Of a stretch of 50,942 nucleotides of DNA, positions 45,364 through 50,942 are shown in pieces; position 1 is the first letter of the stretch, and the number at the start of each line of letters is the position of its first letter. The stretch lies in NCBI GenBank assembly GCA_964399335.1, contig CAYNQI010000005.1, positions 1 to 50,942 on the forward strand, written 5' to 3'. Below the pieces are notes generated by a model. That model was given only the letters and a program-made list of their open reading frames with translations, was not told where the DNA came from and did no database searches. The position numbers were made by a program, and so were the translations under genes. The DNA comes from an uncultured Thermoplasmata archaeon (lineage in GTDB: Archaea; Thermoplasmatota; Thermoplasmata; Halarchaeoplasmatales; Halarchaeoplasmataceae).

Positions 45364-48300
45364 ATGAAAACAGCATATAGTAAGAGGTTTAAAAAAAAAT
45401 CCATATTGGCTATCTGCTTGGTTGTTATCATCTTTTCAAGTGTTTTCGTCTCGGCAGTCAGTTATGAAGAGAGCGATGGGGGATACGATGTGAATAATGA
45501 TGGGGACAAATTGACGGAGACGCCTCAATATCCTGAGAAGATAACGGTGGAGGTAAGAACGACGATAGAAACGGGACTCGGTGATACAGGAGTAGGAGAC
45601 TTAGATGTTTTTATACACCGTGTTGACAAAAGATTCATTTATCCTATATATGAACCCCCTTGGAATTTAGGTAAGTGGGATTGTAGAGATTCATACAATA
45701 ACTTTTTGTTCAACCCAGCATACGATAAAGATACTGTAGAGGAATACCCTGACACAGATTTAACGGTACATTTAGAAGACCCAGAAGCGGACTTTGAAGG
45801 TGCTGGCGGTCTACCGGTCATCGAAGTCGATGGTGAATGGCAGTTCAACCCGTTCGCAGACGCCGATATACGGCGGGCGGTAAATCATCTCATCGATAGG
45901 ACTTATATCGTTGAGGAGATGTATGACGACTACGGCTCTGAACGATTCATGGCGATGGGTCAAGAAACTGCAGGATACAAAGAATATTATAGGGACATAG
46001 TCGAAAGACTTGGTGTAGATGATCATGATCCTGAATTAGGTACACAGATGATACAAGACCGAATGGAATACTGGCGAGATACTGAATATATAGAAGATTG
46101 GACTGGTGAGTTAGTAACTGGTAATCAGGATGACGGATGGCATTTCGGTGGCGACGACATCGAACTTGAACTGATAATCAGGGTCGAAGATACTAGGCAG
46201 AGTATAGGACACTACTTTGGAGACCTCATGGAAGATCAAGGGTTTGTAGCAAACAGATACGAGCAGGAAGCTGCTACAGCCTTTCAACACACCCTGTTTT
46301 CCGATCCGGCTGATATGTTGTTCCACATGTATACGGGAAGATGGGAACATAGTGCAGCGAGTAAATACAAACATGAAACGATGAATAAGATGTACACGGG
46401 TTGGTATGGATGGTCACCTGGTTTACAGACACCTAGTTGGTGGCAGTACGAGGAACCTGAAGAGATAACAGAGTTAGGGAAAGATTTGATGGAAGGCAGG
46501 ATTCAAGACGAAGAGGCATACTGGGAAGCCATGCAGACCTTGGCAGAATACGGTATGAGATCCGGTATGAGAGTCTTCATCGTAACACCTCATGAAGCCT
46601 ATGTATACAACCCTGATAAGGTCTTTAATGCTGCACCAGATGTTGTTACTGGTTATTCCAGCATTTACACTCCTAGAACGTTGAAATTAGAGGATGATGA
46701 TCATCTGAGAGGAGCTCTATATTCGGCCTTTGGAGCATTGTATATAGATAACTGGAACAGGATAGACGGATCAAGGGGTAAGAATTCTCTTTATCTACAG
46801 GATATGGTCAGAGATCATGCTATGTACAACCATCCAGTTAAAGGGACTCCTATCGGTATAAGAGCAGATCACGAAGTTCATTTGGATTATGAATGGGTCG
46901 AAGAAGATGAATATACTCTTGAAAAAAATGTCACTGTACCTTCTGACGCCGTAGATTACGATACTTCAACTCAAGAGTGGTATGAAGTCGGTGAAGGTAT
47001 GGAAGCAGCTACTGCGGTAACTTTCGATTGGTTTGAGAACGGAGAAGGAGACCTAGGTACTTTTCATGATAGTAATCCATTGACCTACAGAGATATACTT
47101 GCGTGGTACGCCTTCTCTAAAGAACTATCATTCGATGAGGGAGATGGATACTATTACGGCCCATGGGCGACCGTCAACGAGGGATGGTTCGACAATGTCC
47201 AGGGCATAGAACTCCATGAAGAATGTGGTAATGTAACATCTTATACCATATATGGTGATTATACGTTCTCTTCAGACGATATCGTAGCTGAATACTACTC
47301 TCAGACCCCGTTCAAACCGTGGCAGGTATATGAAGCCGCAAGGATCATGGTAGCTCAATTGGATGAGGAATCTGATCTCTGGCAAGGTGTAGATGGCGCA
47401 GGAGAAACATGGAGCTGGTCAGAAGCAGAGAATTGGATACATTTCATCAGCAGCACACAGGGTGAAACATTCAAAGCAGTCATGGAGAACATGATCACAG
47501 AGGAGTGGGAACCTGCATACTTCGACAATATGCCAGAAGAGGTAGGCGGTATAGATGTTGCCTCTGAGATCCAAAGATCGATAGATTTCTACGATCAATA
47601 CGATCACTTCTTCATCTCACAGGGACCGTTCAAGATCATAGAAATAGATGAACCTAACATGGTCATTGAGATGGAAAGATGGGGCCTAGAAGATGGATAT
47701 CCATTAGCTCGTGATCACTGGGAAGATATCCTTTTAATAAGAAAGCTTGAATTGACCGACCATACGGTACCTTCTTCAATTGATGCTGGTGAAGAATTCA
47801 ATATTTCTGCAACCGGCCGTATACAGGAAGATTACCCTGTCAGAGAGTTATATGCTGCAGACGAGGGTGAAGTGACCTTTGAAATAATCGTTCCTGATGA
47901 AGAAGATCGAACTTTTACCATGTATGAACCTGTAGATGGTACGTTCGAGGATACGATCTCAGCAAACTTCACAGAAGGATTGAAAGGTACATACGATTGG
48001 CGATTAGAAGGAACTATCGAAGACGAAGTGAGGCCTTCCCTGAGAGAAGGGTCGATCACTATACAAGATGCAGAATTTGAGATCAGCGACTTCGAAGTTG
48101 ATCCGACTGAAGGCAATGCTACCCTGGATGTTGATATAACCGCATATATCGAAAACGTCGGGGATGCTGAAGGAACTATAGAACTTGTGACTGATGATGT
48201 AGAGATAAATAATTGGACTCTTAAACCTGAAGAGGATGTAACCATAGATGAAACATACACATACGCTAAAGAAGGAATATATCACGTTGAACTCGGTGAT

Positions 48301-48978
48301 GAAAATATTACTGTGGAGGTAGGTCCCATACCGACTTGTAGATTGACAGTAGAAACAGATGGGGAAGGTACAGTCGATATCGAGCCTGAGAAAGAGGAGT
48401 ACGAGCACGGTGAGGAAGTTACCCTTACAGCCTTACCCGATGAAGGCCATGAGTTCGTAGGATGGGATGGAACGGATGAAACAGGAGAAGAGATCACCAT
48501 CACGATGTACGATGATAAAGAAGTGACAGCTCACTTCCAGATCAATACCTACTCTGTAGAAATCGATATAGAAGGGGAAGGATCAGTAGAAATCGATCCG
48601 AAGCAGGATGAATACGAGTATGGAGAAGAAATCGAGTTGACCCCTGAACCCAAAGAAGGCTATGTATTCGATCACTGGGTTATCAACGGTGAGATCTACG
48701 AAGAGGAGACGATCGAGATCGAAATGTACGAGGATACAGAAATTACGGCACAATTCGATGAGAAAGAAAAAGATGGTGAGATACTGAATCCATTGATGAT
48801 AGCTGCGATCGTTATAGCAGTCGCTATCATCGGTGCCATCGTGGCTGTGATGATGAAAAAGGATGGCGAAGAATCTGTTGAAGATGAATTCGATGAAGAA
48901 GATTTGTTCGAGGAAGAACTAGGGGAAGCAAAAGATTCAGAGTACTCAGAGGAAGATGTGAATGAAGAGGAATTATAG
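45364..48978 (+). CDS. Surface-anchored family-5-like (peptide) ABC solute-binding protein with a CARDB-like domain, two InlB-B-type repeats, a C-terminal TM anchor and an acidic tail
   Basis: N-terminal signal peptide, FNPFADADIRRAVNHLIDR, SQGPFKI, two L.V..EGEG.V.I.P...EY..GEE..L...P.EG..F..W repeats at ~48331-48760, and a TM helix at ~48781-48855. Confidence 0.85.
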   Translation: MKTAYSKRFKKKSILAICLVVIIFSSVFVSAVSYEESDGGYDVNNDGDKLTETPQYPEKITVEVRTTIETGLGDTGVGDLDVFIHRVDKRFIYPIYEPPWNLGKWDCRDSYNNFLFNPAYDKDTVEEYPDTDLTVHLEDPEADFEGAGGLPVIEVDGEWQFNPFADADIRRAVNHLIDRTYIVEEMYDDYGSERFMAMGQETAGYKEYYRDIVERLGVDDHDPELGTQMIQDRMEYWRDTEYIEDWTGELVTGNQDDGWHFGGDDIELELIIRVEDTRQSIGHYFGDLMEDQGFVANRYEQEAATAFQHTLFSDPADMLFHMYTGRWEHSAASKYKHETMNKMYTGWYGWSPGLQTPSWWQYEEPEEITELGKDLMEGRIQDEEAYWEAMQTLAEYGMRSGMRVFIVTPHEAYVYNPDKVFNAAPDVVTGYSSIYTPRTLKLEDDDHLRGALYSAFGALYIDNWNRIDGSRGKNSLYLQDMVRDHAMYNHPVKGTPIGIRADHEVHLDYEWVEEDEYTLEKNVTVPSDAVDYDTSTQEWYEVGEGMEAATAVTFDWFENGEGDLGTFHDSNPLTYRDILAWYAFSKELSFDEGDGYYYGPWATVNEGWFDNVQGIELHEECGNVTSYTIYGDYTFSSDDIVAEYYSQTPFKPWQVYEAARIMVAQLDEESDLWQGVDGAGETWSWSEAENWIHFISSTQGETFKAVMENMITEEWEPAYFDNMPEEVGGIDVASEIQRSIDFYDQYDHFFISQGPFKIIEIDEPNMVIEMERWGLEDGYPLARDHWEDILLIRKLELTDHTVPSSIDAGEEFNISATGRIQEDYPVRELYAADEGEVTFEIIVPDEEDRTFTMYEPVDGTFEDTISANFTEGLKGTYDWRLEGTIEDEVRPSLREGSITIQDAEFEISDFEVDPTEGNATLDVDITAYIENVGDAEGTIELVTDDVEINNWTLKPEEDVTIDETYTYAKEGIYHVELGDENITVEVGPIPTCRLTVETDGEGTVDIEPEKEEYEHGEEVTLTALPDEGHEFVGWDGTDETGEEITITMYDDKEVTAHFQINTYSVEIDIEGEGSVEIDPKQDEYEYGEEIELTPEPKEGYVFDHWVINGEIYEEETIEIEMYEDTEITAQFDEKEKDGEILNPLMIAAIVIAVAIIGAIVAVMMKKDGEESVEDEFDEEDLFEEELGEAKDSEYSEEDVNEEEL

Positions 48979-49051
48979 GAACCGAAAATATCAAAGTGGA
49001 AAAATACTTTTCCTCTCACTTTCTTATATCTGAAAAAATTGGTTTAAAAGG

Positions 49052-49067
49052 TATTTGTATACAAATA
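49052..49067. promoter_or_regulatory. Perfect 16-bp palindrome TATTTGTATACAAATA (core TTGTATACAA repeated at 49140-49149)
   Basis: Directly visible. Follows a TTTAAAAG TATA-like element. Confidence 0.45.
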
Positions 49068-49075
49068 GTCGTTAT

Positions 49076-49089
49076 TCCCTCCCCTCGCA
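49076..49089 (+). repeat. 13/14 direct copy of the tRNA-Leu 3' end (att-like)
   Basis: TCCCTCCCCTCGCA versus TCCCTTCCCTCGCA at 45046-45059. Confidence 0.5.
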
Positions 49090-49556
49090 TAATTTTACTT
49101 TTCTTAACGATTGAAGAATATGAGGATTAGGGACAAATTTTGTATACAACTCTGCATAAGTTTCTGCTTTACCTGAATATACAATTCCATTTATCTTTTC
49201 ATCTAGTAGCCTCTCTAAACCGGTTCTAACACACGTTAGTTAACACACACGCCGTTTTATAAAATAGAGTTGGGAAAGTACAAGCGGAAACCGAGGTAAG
49301 AGCCTCTTGATCAGATAGACTAGGAATCGGTTTGATATGCTCTTCCTATCCTTAGGATTCGCATCAAACATATCTTAGACACCCCTATAATCCGACTCAA
49401 AGACTTAGAAGCAGATAAGATAGTAAACTTATCAAAATTCAAATCCCAAGATGTTTATATATCGGGCTATTTTGAATTTTTTGTTTCAAAAAATTATAAG
49501 GTCAAATTTTAAGGATTTGAATAAATGTAATTTAGATATCTTTCAATCTTTTGATT

Positions 49557-49994
49557 TTATTTTATCTTCCGGGTATTTTTTTCCGTCGAGTAATATACTC
49601 CACTTTTGTGTTCTAATTCCTGAATAGCATTTTCTAGATTATCACCAGGGATATAATATCTACCATTTTCTTTCTCCTTTTCTATAGATTCAGACTTATT
49701 GACTTCGTCTCTTACTACATTATAATCCATATTTAGGACGTTAGATATATCCCTTATACTTATTCCGATCTGATGGTCTTTGATGTGCCCTAAAGCACTA
49801 GCAGCTCTTCTGTATAATAGATAAACAATAACTTTCTTTTTCTTTTCCATTTCATAAAATTCTTCTAAAAAAACAGGCTCTCCTGTTGATTTATCTATGC
49901 CGACGAAGTGTTTTAAAGCTAAAAATAATCTCAATCGATCAACTTTATCTTTTTCAACATATAAGTTTGTGAGAGGGTCCTCTTTTGAAATCAT
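49557..49994 (-). CDS. Conserved hypothetical protein, probable C-terminal winged HTH
   Basis: Coherent 145-aa ORF. ISIRDISNVLNMDYNVVRDEV...GRYYIP suggests a wHTH. Confidence 0.55.
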   Translation of the reverse strand: MISKEDPLTNLYVEKDKVDRLRLFLALKHFVGIDKSTGEPVFLEEFYEMEKKKKVIVYLLYRRAASALGHIKDHQIGISIRDISNVLNMDYNVVRDEVNKSESIEKEKENGRYYIPGDNLENAIQELEHKSGVYYSTEKNTRKIK

Positions 49995-50112
49995 ATAAAA
50001 TTTATAAATCGAAGTTCTGATTTAAACTTTTTTGAAAGATTTGATTAAAGATTATTTTACGGATAATATCTATAGGGGAAAGTATTTTAGCGCGGAATAT
50101 TTTTATCAATCT

Positions 50113-50853
50113 ATGTTCAGAAAAGTTAGTTTTAAAGATAAATCAGGAAAAATCAATACCGGAAACTGGGAGCGAGATGGTATTGTTTACCGGGATAAAA
50201 TTTATGATCCCGCTGATGTAGAGATATTACCCCCTACAACTCCAACAAAGATTATCTGCGTTGGCAGGAATTATTTAAAACATGCTGAAGAGATGGATAA
50301 CGAACTCCCTGAAAAACCTCTTTTATTTATTAAAACTCCTAACTGTGTAGCCGGTCATGAAGATACGATCCAACTTTTAGAGGGAAAAGAGAGGATGGAT
50401 TACGAGGCTGAACTGGCTGTGATTATAGGTGAAAGGTGTAAAAATGTTAGTAGAGAAGATGCCCTTTATTTTGTTGAAGGATATTCTTGTTTCATAGATG
50501 TTACTAACAGGGACGATCAAAAATGGGAGAAGAATTGGGTGAGGGCTAAGGCATTCGATAATTCAGCTCCTGTTGGACCTGTTATCGTACCCTGTGGATC
50601 TGTTAGTGATGATGCAAGAATACAATGTAGACTAAATGATGTGGTCAAACAGGATTCGACTATTGATAATATGTACTTCTCAGTTCCTGAGCTTATCGAA
50701 GAGATCACTAAATATATGACCTTGGAGAGAGGAGATATAATCGCAACTGGTACTCCAGAAGGAGTTGGACAGTTACACGATGGAGATACGGTTGAAGTCG
50801 AGATAGATGGGATCGGAACGCTTAGAAATTATTTTGTTGAACCTAGCAAGTAA
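50113..50853 (+). CDS. Fumarylacetoacetate hydrolase (FAH) family protein
   Basis: PTKIICVGRNY..HA.E, P.LFIK.PN, DYEAELAV.IG, D.TNRD.Q, RAKAFD, GDIIATGTPEGVG. Start moved to 50113. Confidence 0.93.
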   Translation: MFRKVSFKDKSGKINTGNWERDGIVYRDKIYDPADVEILPPTTPTKIICVGRNYLKHAEEMDNELPEKPLLFIKTPNCVAGHEDTIQLLEGKERMDYEAELAVIIGERCKNVSREDALYFVEGYSCFIDVTNRDDQKWEKNWVRAKAFDNSAPVGPVIVPCGSVSDDARIQCRLNDVVKQDSTIDNMYFSVPELIEEITKYMTLERGDIIATGTPEGVGQLHDGDTVEVEIDGIGTLRNYFVEPSK

Positions 50854-50942
50854 GATGAAAGGCCCCAGCTATCTTTTTACCTTTCTTTAGTTCTTTGTTG
50901 TAAATTTCACATGCTTTTTTGGTGGGAACTGATTTAATTTTG

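Noticed and set aside
1-50942. CRISPR arrays, rRNA, IS elements, integrases and Sec/Pyl read-through
   Set aside because: No regularly spaced repeat-spacer array, rRNA-like sequence, transposase or integrase motif was seen. No conserved gene appears truncated at an in-frame TGA or TAG.

Overview
An AT-rich (about one-third GC, judged by eye) archaeal chromosomal segment. The gene set (eIF2-alpha, S27e, L44e, S17e, eIF5A, archaeal-type ThrRS, RpoD with a ferredoxin domain, Pcc1) and the acidic proteins suggest an anaerobic, probably halophilic Thermoplasmatota archaeon; this taxonomy is inferred, not searched. Most of the window is housekeeping: TrkAH K+ uptake, ribosomal and translation clusters, a porCDAB-type oxidoreductase, tryptophanase, FtsZ and tRNA-Leu(GAG). 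Three regions stand out. (1) 2470-8114 is a divergent ubiquitin-system-like locus. It encodes a Ubl-E2 fusion that keeps the HPN motif but has Lys where the catalytic Cys aligns, a stand-alone Cdc48-N-like barrel, and a 1461-aa helical-repeat protein ending in an Ig-like domain and a prokaryotic RING-type finger. No E1 or JAB gene lies in the window. (2) 26599-35815 is an apparent signalling block: a histone-deacetylase-family enzyme, a TA-like pair, a KaiC/RAD55 ATPase, a roadblock-like protein, four V4R/H-NOX-like proteins, several winged-HTH domains and a GNAT acetyltransferase. (3) 44975-49089 runs from tRNA-Leu through a higher-GC orphan solute-binding surface protein to a 13/14 copy of the tRNA 3' end, which may be an integration scar. 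Smaller items include an apparently catalytically dead ThiI, an archaeal QueH homolog, an L1 autoregulatory leader and several candidate operators. No CRISPR array, rRNA, transposase or integrase was recognised. All family assignments rest on motif recognition by eye.
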